NCBI GenBank assembly: GCA_963705305.1
Contig: OY970067.1
Span: 4,992,001-5,056,000 of the forward strand
Origin: an uncultured Methylomirabilota bacterium
Lineage (GTDB): Bacteria > Methylomirabilota > Methylomirabilia > Methylomirabilales > 2-02-FULL-66-22
Direction: 5' to 3'
Length of the DNA stretch: 64,000 nucleotides
In this document: in pieces, positions 11,245-20,388 of the stretch
How the letters are laid out: each line of letters begins with the position of its first letter
Numbering within the stretch: the first letter of the stretch is position 1
Notes under the pieces: generated by a model
The model's input: the letters and a program-made list of their open reading frames with translations, nothing else
Told to the model about the DNA's origin: nothing
The model's database searches: none
Program-made: the position numbers and the translations under genes

Positions 11245-11628
11245 ATGGCGGAGTTGGTGGAGCGCCGAAAGATGCCTCGGGTACGGATCGCCGGGCAGCT
11301 CGGCGGCCGGGCGCGGGCCACGCTGGATGTCCGTCTGTTGGATCTCAGCGTCAGCGGCGCGCGCATCGCACACTACGAGGTGCTCCGGCCGAGCGCCCCG
11401 TGCTCCTTCCAATTGCCTTCGGCCATCGGGGCAGCCACGCTGCCGGCCCGCATCGTCTGGAGCCGGTTGGTGGGCTCCGAGCGCAACGAGGCCGGTGAGC
11501 GGATCCTCTGCTACCAAAGCGGCCTGGTATTCACGAGCCTCACCGACGAGCAGCGCGCGGCGCTGGAATCCGTGGTGGCCCGCATTACTCCGAGCGGCGG
11601 GCTAGGGCTCATCTCGCTGATTCTGTGA
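11245..11628 (+). CDS. PilZ-domain (c-di-GMP-binding) protein
   Basis: ERRKMPR (RxxxR) and DLSVSG (DxSxxG); AAGGAGG RBS. Confidence 0.85.
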   Translation: MAELVERRKMPRVRIAGQLGGRARATLDVRLLDLSVSGARIAHYEVLRPSAPCSFQLPSAIGAATLPARIVWSRLVGSERNEAGERILCYQSGLVFTSLTDEQRAALESVVARITPSGGLGLISLIL

Positions 11629-11823
11629 GGCGGCCCGGGACGCGCGGCCGTGCCGGCGCAGAGGACGCCGCAGAGCGAAATCACCCGCTGGCGGCAATGG
11701 GGGAACGCAGAAGGCCCCGGCGAGACCCCGACGCCGAACGCTTTCGGCATTCGCGTCATTCCCGCCGGGGTCGGCAGGCGTGCACCGGAGGGCGGTCTGG
11801 CGTCTCCCCCGGCGATCATTGGG

Positions 11824-11934
11824 TCACAGGCTGACCAGGAGACCCCAGAGCAGACTCAGCGCTCCCGCCAGGAGCAGCAGCGTCCAGTCGGAAGCGGTCA
11901 CATCCCGAATACTCCCGAGCAATCTATCGACCAC
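11824..11934 (-). CDS. Putative 36-aa single-TM peptide (not in the ORF track)
   Basis: GTG start; MVDRLLGSIRDVTASDWTLLLLAGALSLLWGLLVSL; overlaps the stop of the upstream ORF. Confidence 0.4.
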   Translation of the reverse strand: MVDRLLGSIRDVTASDWTLLLLAGALSLLWGLLVSL

Positions 11935-12148
11935 GGGCCGCTCGCGAATGGACGCGGCCCTTCCCGGACAGGCCGTCGGGTGGAAGGCGCCAGTAGGCTA
12001 CCCATGCCGGTTCGCACTCCGCAGCCGCAACCGGAGCGGGAAGTCCCAGATCGAAATCGAACGCCTTGGCCTCGGTCTCGGCCATCTCCTCCAGAAGGCG
12101 CAATTCCTGCTCGGGAGACCACACCTCGACGACTTCTCGAACCATCAT
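11924..12148 (-). CDS. Small acidic hypothetical protein
   Basis: Strong AAGGAGGAG RBS before ATG. Confidence 0.5.
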   Translation of the reverse strand: MMVREVVEVWSPEQELRLLEEMAETEAKAFDFDLGLPAPVAAAECEPAWVAYWRLPPDGLSGKGRVHSRAARGR

Positions 12149-12305
12149 CTATTCTCCTCCTTGCCACGTCGCTCGTGCGGAGACGAGAGCAAGCGGGCTC
12201 GGGCCCGCGATGAGGTTGAACTGGCTCTCTGGCCCGGGATGCGGCGTGGGGGACCGCCCCGCTCGAGTCCGGCCCCGCCACCGATTCGCTCGTTCCGCCC
12301 CATCC

Positions 12306-12815
12306 TCACTGCAAATAGGCCGTCGGAGCCATGCGCCGGATAGACCGGAACCACTTCGCCACCACCGGTCGGTCGGCCTCCAGGCCGTACAGCATGGACT
12401 GGAGCCGCGCCAGGTGATCCTCCTCTTCGGCGCGCAGCATCTCCAGCAAGGCAAGGATCTCTTCGCGTCCCGCACTTTCTTCGGCGAGCTCTGCGAAGAG
12501 CTGCTGCGAGCGCCTCTCCTCGGCCATGGTTACGCGCAGGATCTCCTCCTCGCTCTGCGGCATCGTTTCGGGCACGTCGCCCAGCGGAACCGTGAGATCC
12601 AGTTGATTCAAGCAGTCGTCAGCCACGCCATCCATGAGGCTCACCAGCGTCAAGAGATGCCGGAGCTCATCTAGCGCCAGTTGATTATACAGGCGTCGAG
12701 CCTTGGGGCAGGTGCAGCGTTTGGCGGCGGCTGTGAGGCGAGCGAACGAGGCTTTTACTTTGTCGATGGCTGTCAGGATGATGTCGCGCTCGCCTTCGGT
12801 TGCCGTTGCACTCAT
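12306..12815 (-). CDS. Ferritin-like / rubrerythrin-family four-helix protein
   Basis: Two ExxH motifs (DELRH, EEEDH) in repeated helical halves. Confidence 0.75.
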   Translation of the reverse strand: MSATATEGERDIILTAIDKVKASFARLTAAAKRCTCPKARRLYNQLALDELRHLLTLVSLMDGVADDCLNQLDLTVPLGDVPETMPQSEEEILRVTMAEERRSQQLFAELAEESAGREEILALLEMLRAEEEDHLARLQSMLYGLEADRPVVAKWFRSIRRMAPTAYLQ

Positions 12816-12910
12816 GTTCTTTTCCACCCTCGCCGCCGCGCTTTCCCCGGCGGTGACAAGCCCGGCCGACCAGCCCCATTCCAATCCCCTGCACAAACAC
12901 TCGCATTCTC

Positions 12911-12926
12911 AGCAAGGGTGGTGCCA
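12911..12926 (-). promoter_or_regulatory. Sigma54 -24/-12 promoter
   Basis: TGGCAC-CACCC-TTGCT with exact GG-N10-GC spacing, ~95 bp upstream of the ferritin-like gene. Confidence 0.75.
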
Positions 12927-12975
12927 CGGTCGCTTCCCTGAGAACATATCTGACCCGTTCGATCCCTTTCATATT

Positions 12976-12988
12976 TATCAATCGGTTA
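12976..12988 (+). promoter_or_regulatory. IHF binding site
   Basis: TATCAATCGGTTA matches WATCAANNNNTTR, 50 bp upstream of the sigma54 site. Confidence 0.6.
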
Positions 12989-13451
12989 CAGCTGAGGATA
13001 GGATTTCCAACGGGCTGACAATTGGGAACATTGTGATGCCGACCGGCGAGACTGTCCCATTCGACAGCAGCCCCTGTGGGAAATCGCGCAAGGACTCGCT
13101 GAGCGATGCATGAACTACAGACAAGCTTCCAACGATGAGCCTCGTGGGCCGGGTCGGAAGCACGGCCTGCTTGGGAGATTCCCTGTCCCCGTGCCTGCTT
13201 TTAGAGACATCCAGGATTGGATTAGACCTGATTGGAGTCCCTGGCAATTCTCCCCGGCATGGAGAAGCGCCGGTCGATCTTGGCGTCCCGCCCGTGCCGG
13301 ATCCGGGCGGGGATTGGCACGGTCGCGCTAGCCGGCCGGGTTCGCGCGATCGGGCCGGCAGCCGTCCGGCAGGGCGGCCGCGCCTCCCGCGCCCGATGGT
13401 GCGATCGTCCCAACAACCCGACCGGCAGGCAGCCGCTTTCCTGCTCTCCGC

Positions 13452-13511
13452 TTGACAGCGCCGGGAGCGACCAGTATAGTCCGACCAGAAATTGAAATTC
13501 ATTTTCATAAT
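13452..13511 (+). promoter_or_regulatory. Sigma70 promoter plus Fur-box-like operator
   Basis: TTGACA-17 bp-TATAGT followed by AT-rich inverted repeat TTGAAATTCATTTTCATAAT. Confidence 0.7.
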
Positions 13512-13536
13512 CTGTTCGAGATGATGAGGATGTGCC

Positions 13537-14022
13537 ATGGCCGATTCCGGGCCCCGCCTCCAGGATTTTGCCGCGTTCTTGGCCCGCTCGGGCCTCAAGG
13601 CGACCCGCCAGCGTGAGCGCATCGTGCGCGCGTTCTTCGCCGCCCGGCGGCACGTCAGCGCCGAGGAGCTCTATCACCAGATCCACGACCAAGACCCCGG
13701 TATCGGCCTGGTGACGGTCTACCGGACTCTCAAGCTGCTGCGCGAGGCGGGGCTGGCCACTGGGCGGCAGTTCGGGGATGCCTACACCCGCTTCGATCCC
13801 AACCCGGCCGACTGGGCGCACCACCATCTGATCTGCACCCGCTGCGGGAAGATCCAGGAGTTCCAGGACACCACCCTCCAGTCCCTGCGCCGGCGGGTGG
13901 CCCGCACCAGGGGATTCACCGTCACCAACCAGAAACTCGAGTTGTACGGCGTCTGCCGGGACTGCGCACGGTTGGGACGGATCCGGACGCCGCGGAGCGG
14001 CGCCGCCAGGCTCTCAGCCTGA
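13537..14022 (+). CDS. fur: Fur-family transcriptional regulator
   Basis: GLKATRQR, HVSAEELY, TVYRTLKLL, HHHLICTRCG, GVCRDC. Confidence 0.9.
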   Translation: MADSGPRLQDFAAFLARSGLKATRQRERIVRAFFAARRHVSAEELYHQIHDQDPGIGLVTVYRTLKLLREAGLATGRQFGDAYTRFDPNPADWAHHHLICTRCGKIQEFQDTTLQSLRRRVARTRGFTVTNQKLELYGVCRDCARLGRIRTPRSGAARLSA

Positions 14023-14040
14023 CGGGCGAGGAGGCCGGGA

Positions 14041-14769
14041 ATGGATGATGGCGCACCCTCCGGGCTCACCGACGAGATCCTGGAGGATCTCCTGGCGGCC
14101 CTCCATCGGCTCGAGGCACAAGGGCGAGTCGCTGCAGCCGCGGCAGACGTCGCCGCCTTCGCCCAGTTGACGCCGGACGTGGCCGACCGGGCCTTGCGCG
14201 AGCTCCGGGCACGCGGCCTGCTTGCCGACGGCGGCCCGCCGCATATCCGCCTGACACCCGAAGGGCGGCGGCAGGCGGCGGGGGTCCTTCGTCGGCACCG
14301 CCTCTCGGAGCGCCTGTTCGCCGATGTCCTGGGGCTGCCCTGGGATCGCGTCCACGAGGAGGCGATGCGGTTCGAGCACGCGCTGACGCCGGAGGCAGAG
14401 GCCCGGCTGGCCACCCTGCTCCACGATCCGGAGACCTGCCCCCACGGGGCGCCGATTCCGTCGGCCAACGGCCAGGTGGCCCCTCGGGACACCAGGACCT
14501 TGGACCAGATCCCGGCGGGACGCCGCGTCTGGATCCAGCAGATCGTAAAGGAAGAACCGCCCTTCCTACGATATCTGGCCAGCCTGGGCCTCCTCCCCCG
14601 CGCCGAGATTCAGGTGGAGGAAGTCGCGCCCTTCGGAGGGCCGCTTCTGGTGCAGGTGGGAAACGCCCGCTACGCCCTGGGGCGCGACGTGGCGGCCAAG
14701 ATTTTGGTCCGCGAGATATGGGGCCCTCCCGGACCGCGCCGGCTGCGCCGAAGACATCGCGGGTCGTGA
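14041..14769 (+). CDS. DtxR/MntR-family metal-dependent regulator with C-terminal FeoA (SH3) domain
   Basis: RRHRLSE...EAMRFEH...CPHGAPIP; FeoA-like LRYLASLGLLP...APFGGPL. Confidence 0.88.
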   Translation: MDDGAPSGLTDEILEDLLAALHRLEAQGRVAAAAADVAAFAQLTPDVADRALRELRARGLLADGGPPHIRLTPEGRRQAAGVLRRHRLSERLFADVLGLPWDRVHEEAMRFEHALTPEAEARLATLLHDPETCPHGAPIPSANGQVAPRDTRTLDQIPAGRRVWIQQIVKEEPPFLRYLASLGLLPRAEIQVEEVAPFGGPLLVQVGNARYALGRDVAAKILVREIWGPPGPRRLRRRHRGS

Positions 14770-14812
14770 GGGGCGCCCCGCATCATCGGCATGAGGGAGG
14801 GGCAGCGTGCCC

Positions 14813-16825
14813 ATGAACTGTCACGGGGCCCTGCAGCAGTTGCGAGAGGGCGTCCAGCTCTCCGTGGCCCTGGCCGGGAATCCCAACGTTGGCAAATCGA
14901 GCATCTTCAATCACCTCACCGGGATGGGGGTGGCCACCGCCAACTATCCCGGGAAGACGGTGGAGGTCCAGCTGGCCGAGACCCGTCTGGGAGACCAGGT
15001 CATCGGCGTGATCGACCTGCCCGGCACGTATGCGCTGGGCGGAATTTCCGAGGATCAGTGGGTGGCCCGCCAGGCCCTGCTGGACGGCTGCCCGGATACC
15101 GTCATTCTGGTGCTGGACGCCACCAACCTGGCCCGCAACCTCTACCTGGGACTCCAGATTTTAGACATGGGCATGCCCATGGTGGTGGCTCTGAACGTCG
15201 TGGACCAGGCCGAGGCCCACGGCATCCGGGTGGACACGGAGCGGCTGGCGGAGATCCTCGGCAGCCCCGTGATTCCGACGGTGGCGACCCGCGGGACCGG
15301 GCTGGACAGCCTGATGGCGCAGGCGGTGCACCTGGCTACGCACCCCGCCCCGCTCAAGCCGCACCTTCGCTACAGCGAAGACGTGGAGGCGGCCATCGCC
15401 AAACTGGAGCGGGGGCTGGCCGACCGCCGCGACCGGCCACGCGGTCTTCCGCCGCGGGCGGTGGCCATCCTGCTCTTGGAAGGGGACCCCGAATTCGGGG
15501 CCTGGCTGGCGGCGGCCCAGGGGGCGGCGGAGCTGACCCGGCTGCGCGACGAACTGGTCGCCACGCTCCGGGACTTGCGGGGAGAAGATCCGGCCTATCT
15601 CCTCTCCAGGGAGCGGCACGGCCTGGCCGGCCTGATCGCCGCCGAGGTGGAGCGGCGGGAGGTCAGGCGCCCACTCCTGGCGGACCGGCTCTGGCGCCTC
15701 ACCACCGCTCCGCTCACCGGCCTGCCGCTCCTGGGTCTCGTCCTGGCGGGCATGTTCACCTTCCTGTTCGTGGTCGGAAACTGGCTCTCCGACGGATTCA
15801 GCGCCCTGTGGTCGGCCTACGCATCGCCGGCCATCCAATGGCCGGTGCACGCCGTGCTGGGCGGCGGGATCGCCGCGCGCACGCTGCTGTGGGGCGTCGA
15901 TGACGGGATCAACGCCGCACTGGCCGTGGGCATCCCGTACGTCCTGACGTTCTACCTCCTCCTCGGCCTGCTGGAGGACAGCGGGTACCTGAACGCCGCG
16001 ACCTTCCTGACCGATCGGGTTATGCACAAGATGGGACTGCACGGCCGGGCCATGATCCCGCTGGTGGCCGGCGCCGGGTGCAACGTTCCCGCCATCCTGG
16101 GGACGCGGGTCCTGGGCAGCATGCGGGAGCGCGTCATCGCCAACACCCTGGTCGTGCTCACCCCGTGCAGCGCCCGCACCGCCGTGATCCTGGGGGCCGT
16201 GGCGCTCACGGCGGGCTGGAAAGCCGCCCTCGGCATCTACGCCGTCACCGCCGCCTTGGCGTTTGCCACCGGCGTCGGCCTGCACCGCTTCCTGCCGGGA
16301 GAGGGAACCGGCCTGGTGATGGAGATGTTCCCCTTCCGGCGGCCGGGCGCTCTGGCCATCCTGAAAAAGACCTGGTTCCGGTTCCACGACTTTGTGGTGG
16401 TGGCCACGCCCATCGTCCTGGGCGGCAGCCTGGTCCTGGGCGGCCTCTACGAGACGGGGCTGCTGTGGGCCCTGGCGGCGCCGCTGCGGCCCCTCATGGA
16501 GGGCTGGCTGGGCATTCCCGCCGTGGCCGGCCTGACTCTGATCGTGGCGGTCCTCCGGAAGGAGCTGGCGCTGCAACTGCTGGTAACCCTGGCCATGGTC
16601 CAGTACGGACCCCAGGCCAAGAACCTCCTCACCTTCATGCGACCAGACCAGATCGTGGTCTACGCCCTGGTCAACACGATCTACTTTCCCTGCGTGGCCA
16701 CCCTGGCCGTCCTGGCGCGGGAGCTGGGCTGGCGGAGGGCCCTCTTGATCTGCGGTTTCACGGTGGTGTTGGCCCTCTTGGTTGGCGGGGCGGCCCGCGG
16801 CGCCTTTTCCCTCTTCGGATACTGA
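14813..16825 (+). CDS. feoB: Ferrous iron transporter B
   Basis: GNPNVGKS, NYPGKTVE, DLPGTY, gate motifs LEDSGY/GCNVPA/PCSAR, YFPCVAT. Confidence 0.93.
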   Translation: MNCHGALQQLREGVQLSVALAGNPNVGKSSIFNHLTGMGVATANYPGKTVEVQLAETRLGDQVIGVIDLPGTYALGGISEDQWVARQALLDGCPDTVILVLDATNLARNLYLGLQILDMGMPMVVALNVVDQAEAHGIRVDTERLAEILGSPVIPTVATRGTGLDSLMAQAVHLATHPAPLKPHLRYSEDVEAAIAKLERGLADRRDRPRGLPPRAVAILLLEGDPEFGAWLAAAQGAAELTRLRDELVATLRDLRGEDPAYLLSRERHGLAGLIAAEVERREVRRPLLADRLWRLTTAPLTGLPLLGLVLAGMFTFLFVVGNWLSDGFSALWSAYASPAIQWPVHAVLGGGIAARTLLWGVDDGINAALAVGIPYVLTFYLLLGLLEDSGYLNAATFLTDRVMHKMGLHGRAMIPLVAGAGCNVPAILGTRVLGSMRERVIANTLVVLTPCSARTAVILGAVALTAGWKAALGIYAVTAALAFATGVGLHRFLPGEGTGLVMEMFPFRRPGALAILKKTWFRFHDFVVVATPIVLGGSLVLGGLYETGLLWALAAPLRPLMEGWLGIPAVAGLTLIVAVLRKELALQLLVTLAMVQYGPQAKNLLTFMRPDQIVVYALVNTIYFPCVATLAVLARELGWRRALLICGFTVVLALLVGGAARGAFSLFGY

Positions 16826-16887
16826 TCGACGCCGGGAGGGGCCGCCCAGCATCGGGGCGGGCGGATTGGAGGCGGGGGGATCGAGGG

Positions 16888-18162
16888 TCAGATCCGGCTG
16901 AGCAGCCTCGCCAGGCGGACTCGGAACGGCTTGCCGCCGAGCTCCTGCCAGGTGTCCGCGAAGGCCCGGCGCAGGCCGTCCATCTCCGCCTGGAGCGCCG
17001 CCAGGTAGGCGGCCACCGGGGTGAGGTCGCTGCCGCCGGGCAGCACCGTGCCCGCCGCATACTCCCGCAGCAGGCCGGCCGCCACCCAGCGGTCGTGGAG
17101 CTGCCCGAGCCGGTCCTGGCTCTCAACCGCCAGCGCAACCATCGGCCGCACCCGCACGCCCAGCGCGCTCTCGAAGAATTCCAGCAGATATCGGAACCGC
17201 TTGATCTCGATGCGCAGCGCGTGCAGTGTCTCGATCGATGGGCCTTCGAGAGGCTCATAGACGCGAACGGCCGCATACTGGCTCCAGATGGCCGGCGGGA
17301 CCACGTCGCAGACCCGCGCCGGTCCGGGGCCCGAGTCCGCCGGCGGCGCGTCCTTGCCCCCGCCGGCCGATCGCGCCTCCGCCAGGAAGGCCTGGAAGTC
17401 CTTGCGGAACCTGGCGAACCGCTTGGACGCCAGGTACGCCTGCAGGTCGCGGCGCGCGTCCGCCCGCTCCTCCTGCAGGGCGCGAATCCACTCCCAGAGC
17501 CCCGCGCCGCCAGCGGGTGGTTGCTGCGCGCCCGCGACCGCGTGGGCCAGGATGACATCCAGATCGCGGACGGCCCCCAGCGCGCGGGTCGCTGCCTGCA
17601 GCTCCCCCGCCAACCCGCGCACGCGCTTGCGCCGGAAAAAGGGGCGGGCGATGCGGAGGGCCGCCCGCAGGCGGCGAAAAGCCACGCGCATATCGTGCAC
17701 CGCATCCTCGTCCGCCTCGAAGGCTGCCCCTTCCAGCTTTTTCACCCGGCCGAAGTGGAACGCCAGGATCTTGCGGAGGGCATCCGCCATCGGACCCGTC
17801 CGCCGGATCCGGGGGCGGCGCACACCCGCTTTCTGCCCGCCGCCCGCCGAATCGCCGCCCACGGGGGCGCCGGCCCGGTCGGGGGCGTAGGGCGTCACGG
17901 CCGGGTCCGGCGCCGAGCCCGCCCGGGGCCGCTCCGGGGGAGGTGGGGGGAAGATGTCGAGCCGCCGTCGCCTAAAGGCGGCCACCCAGTGCCGCACCTG
18001 GCCCGGCCGGAGCCCCGACACCTTGGCGGTCCGCCGGATATCCGGATCGGATGCCCAGTGGAGGATGGCCCGGGCTCGCCGCGGGTCCTCGCCGTCGCCG
18101 GCGGCGATGTCGGCCAGGACGCGGGCCTCGGTTCGGGTCAGGGATCTCGTACTCTTGGTCAT
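16888..18162 (-). CDS. CHAD-domain (polyphosphate-binding) protein with N-terminal HTH-like module
   Basis: VHDMRVAFRRLR, LGAVRDLDV, LHALRIEIKRFRY, QDRLGQLHD. Confidence 0.85.
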   Translation of the reverse strand: MTKSTRSLTRTEARVLADIAAGDGEDPRRARAILHWASDPDIRRTAKVSGLRPGQVRHWVAAFRRRRLDIFPPPPPERPRAGSAPDPAVTPYAPDRAGAPVGGDSAGGGQKAGVRRPRIRRTGPMADALRKILAFHFGRVKKLEGAAFEADEDAVHDMRVAFRRLRAALRIARPFFRRKRVRGLAGELQAATRALGAVRDLDVILAHAVAGAQQPPAGGAGLWEWIRALQEERADARRDLQAYLASKRFARFRKDFQAFLAEARSAGGGKDAPPADSGPGPARVCDVVPPAIWSQYAAVRVYEPLEGPSIETLHALRIEIKRFRYLLEFFESALGVRVRPMVALAVESQDRLGQLHDRWVAAGLLREYAAGTVLPGGSDLTPVAAYLAALQAEMDGLRRAFADTWQELGGKPFRVRLARLLSRI

Positions 18163-18255
18163 TCCGCAATCCACCGTGCGCGGTCCCGAACGAAGGCGAG
18201 GGGCATCCGCACCTTCTCGATCACCCCGGGCGAAAACGGATCTTTCAGCATCCGG

Positions 18256-20364
18256 CTAGCCCTCCGGACGGGTGAGAGGCCGGAAGCGCATCCCGGAGCT
18301 CTTGGCCGCACGCGCCGCCTCCACCGCATCGAGATGGAGTTTTTCCTGGGCGCGGAGGGGCGCGCCCTTCCCGCGCACTCGCTCGTAGGTGCCATCCGGC
18401 AGCAGGCGGCAGGCCTTCACGGTGTCCGCGAAATACGTCTCCAGGATCCCGCCAAGCCGCCGGATGAGGGCGGGTGATTTGACGGGGAAGAGGATCTCGA
18501 GGCGCCGATCCAGATTGCGGCTCATCCAATCCGCGCTGGCCAAATAGATCTCCTCGTGGCCGCCGTTCCGGAAACGGAAGATGCGCGCGTGCTCCAGGAA
18601 CCGGTCCACGATGGATCGGACCTCGATGTTCTCCGAGACCCCCTTGATTCCCGCCCGCAGGCAGCAGATTCCTCGCACATTCAGCCGGACCGTGACCCCG
18701 GCCTGGCTGGCGCGGTACAGCGCCCGGCACATCTCCCCGTCCTGCAGGGAGTTGACCTTGGCCATGATGAGGCCAGGCTGATCCGGGGTCGAGGATCGGA
18801 TCTCGCGTTCGATCAGCTCCAGGAGGCGGTGTCGCAGATCGGTGGGCGCAATGGCCAGATCGGCCCAGCCGACCGCATCCGAGGCCCCGGTGAGCAGGTT
18901 GAAGAAAGCCGCGACATCCGCCGCCAGGTCGCGGTCGCTGGACAGCAGGCCGACGTCGGAATAGAGGCGGGCGGTCCGGTCGTTGTAGTTCCCCGTCGAG
19001 AGGTGGACGTAGCGCCGGATGCGGTTCGTCTCCCGCCGGACAATCAGCAGGGCCTTGGCGTGCGTCTTGAGGCCGACGATGCCGTAGATCACGTGACAGC
19101 CGGCGTCCTCGAGCCGGCGGGCCCACTCCACGTTTCGGGCCTCGTCGAAGCGGGCCTTCAGCTCCACCAGCACCGTCACCTCCTTTCCGTTCTTGGCCGC
19201 GCGCTCCAGCGCCCGGACGACCGGCGAATCTCCGCTGGTCCGGTACAGGATCTGCTTGATCGCCAGGACGCCGGGATCCTCGGCGGCCTCGCGGAGGAGC
19301 TGGACGACGGACTCGAAGCTCTCGTAGGGGTGCACCAGCAGCGCATCGTGATCCCGCATGGCCGACCAGAGGTCCTCGGCGCCGGTCAGGTCCTGCGGCG
19401 CCTGCGGCGGCCATTCCGGGTACCGCAGTTGGTCGAACCCACGCCGGGTGGCTAGCTCCATGAGGGCGCCGGCATCCAGCATCCCGGCGATCTCGTACAT
19501 CGCCTCCGGCTCCAGCCCCAGCCATTCGGGCAGCCACCGCTTGATGCGGGGGTCGGTGTCCGCGCCCACCTCTACCCGGACGGCGGCCCGGCGGCGGCGG
19601 GCCAGGACGGCCTCCTCCACGGCGTGAAGCAGGTCCCCCCCTTCGTCGTCATCGATGGTCACGTCGGCATCGCGCGTGACCCGGAAGACGCCGGTCCCCA
19701 GGACCTTCGCCCCCGGGAAAAGCAGGTCGAGGTTGGCCGTGATGACGCTTTCCAGCCGGACCAGATTCTGTCCCGCGCTGGCCGGCACGGCCAGGAACCG
19801 CGCGCTGCCGCTCGGCTGCGGCACCGCAACGATCTGGGACGGGGCCTCCGGGCCCGCTCCCCCGATCACCGCGGCGACGTGCAGCTGAAGCCCGGGCAGG
19901 AGGGGGGCGGGGTGGAGGTCCTCCACCGCCAGCGGCGTCAGCACCGGCAGGATCTCGCTTTCGAAGAGCCCGCGCAGGAACTGGCGCTGTTCGGAGGTCC
20001 ACTCCGGCTCCTCCAGCACAGACAGCCCGCGCTGGCGAAGCTGCCCGAGCACGCCGGCAATCCCCTCCGACTGCTCGGCCACCATGCGCCGGGCCCGCCC
20101 GCCGATCCGCTCCAGCTGCTGGGCGGGGGTGAGGCCGCTCGCGTCGCGCCGGCGGACGCCGGCGGCCCGCTGCTGTCGCAGGCCGGCCACCCGAATCATG
20201 AAGAACTCATCCAGGTTGGAGCCGACGATGGCGAGAAACTTCAGTCGCTCGAGGAGGGGCAGGTCTTCGCCGCGGCCCTCCTGCAGGACCCGGTCGTTGA
20301 ACTCCAGCCAGCTCAGCTCCCGGTTGATGTACAGATCGGGGGCGTCCAGATCCGGTTTACTCAT
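18256..20364 (-). CDS. ppk1: Polyphosphate kinase 1
   Basis: NRELSWLEFN, SNLDEFFMIRVAG, HPYESF, ELKARFDE, KTHAK, RFLEHAR, SADWMSRN. Confidence 0.97.
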   Translation of the reverse strand: MSKPDLDAPDLYINRELSWLEFNDRVLQEGRGEDLPLLERLKFLAIVGSNLDEFFMIRVAGLRQQRAAGVRRRDASGLTPAQQLERIGGRARRMVAEQSEGIAGVLGQLRQRGLSVLEEPEWTSEQRQFLRGLFESEILPVLTPLAVEDLHPAPLLPGLQLHVAAVIGGAGPEAPSQIVAVPQPSGSARFLAVPASAGQNLVRLESVITANLDLLFPGAKVLGTGVFRVTRDADVTIDDDEGGDLLHAVEEAVLARRRRAAVRVEVGADTDPRIKRWLPEWLGLEPEAMYEIAGMLDAGALMELATRRGFDQLRYPEWPPQAPQDLTGAEDLWSAMRDHDALLVHPYESFESVVQLLREAAEDPGVLAIKQILYRTSGDSPVVRALERAAKNGKEVTVLVELKARFDEARNVEWARRLEDAGCHVIYGIVGLKTHAKALLIVRRETNRIRRYVHLSTGNYNDRTARLYSDVGLLSSDRDLAADVAAFFNLLTGASDAVGWADLAIAPTDLRHRLLELIEREIRSSTPDQPGLIMAKVNSLQDGEMCRALYRASQAGVTVRLNVRGICCLRAGIKGVSENIEVRSIVDRFLEHARIFRFRNGGHEEIYLASADWMSRNLDRRLEILFPVKSPALIRRLGGILETYFADTVKACRLLPDGTYERVRGKGAPLRAQEKLHLDAVEAARAAKSSGMRFRPLTRPEG

Positions 20365-20388
20365 GGCAGCGTGTTTCGCTCGTCCGCC

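Noticed and set aside
11690..11815. GC-rich nested hairpins (GACCCCG...CGGGGTC) as an ncRNA or riboswitch
   Set aside because: No family motif that I recognise; it lies between convergent genes and may be a terminator or REP remnant. An Rfam search would be needed.
17960..18162. IS630-like transposase fragment
   Set aside because: Only an HTH-like segment in frame with CHAD; no DDE domain or TIRs.
16078..18477. Long alternative-frame or antisense ORFs (799 aa here; also 33316-35379, 51123-53036, 55723-57621)
   Set aside because: They are shadow ORFs typical of high-GC DNA, overlap well-supported genes and have low-complexity R/G/P/A composition.
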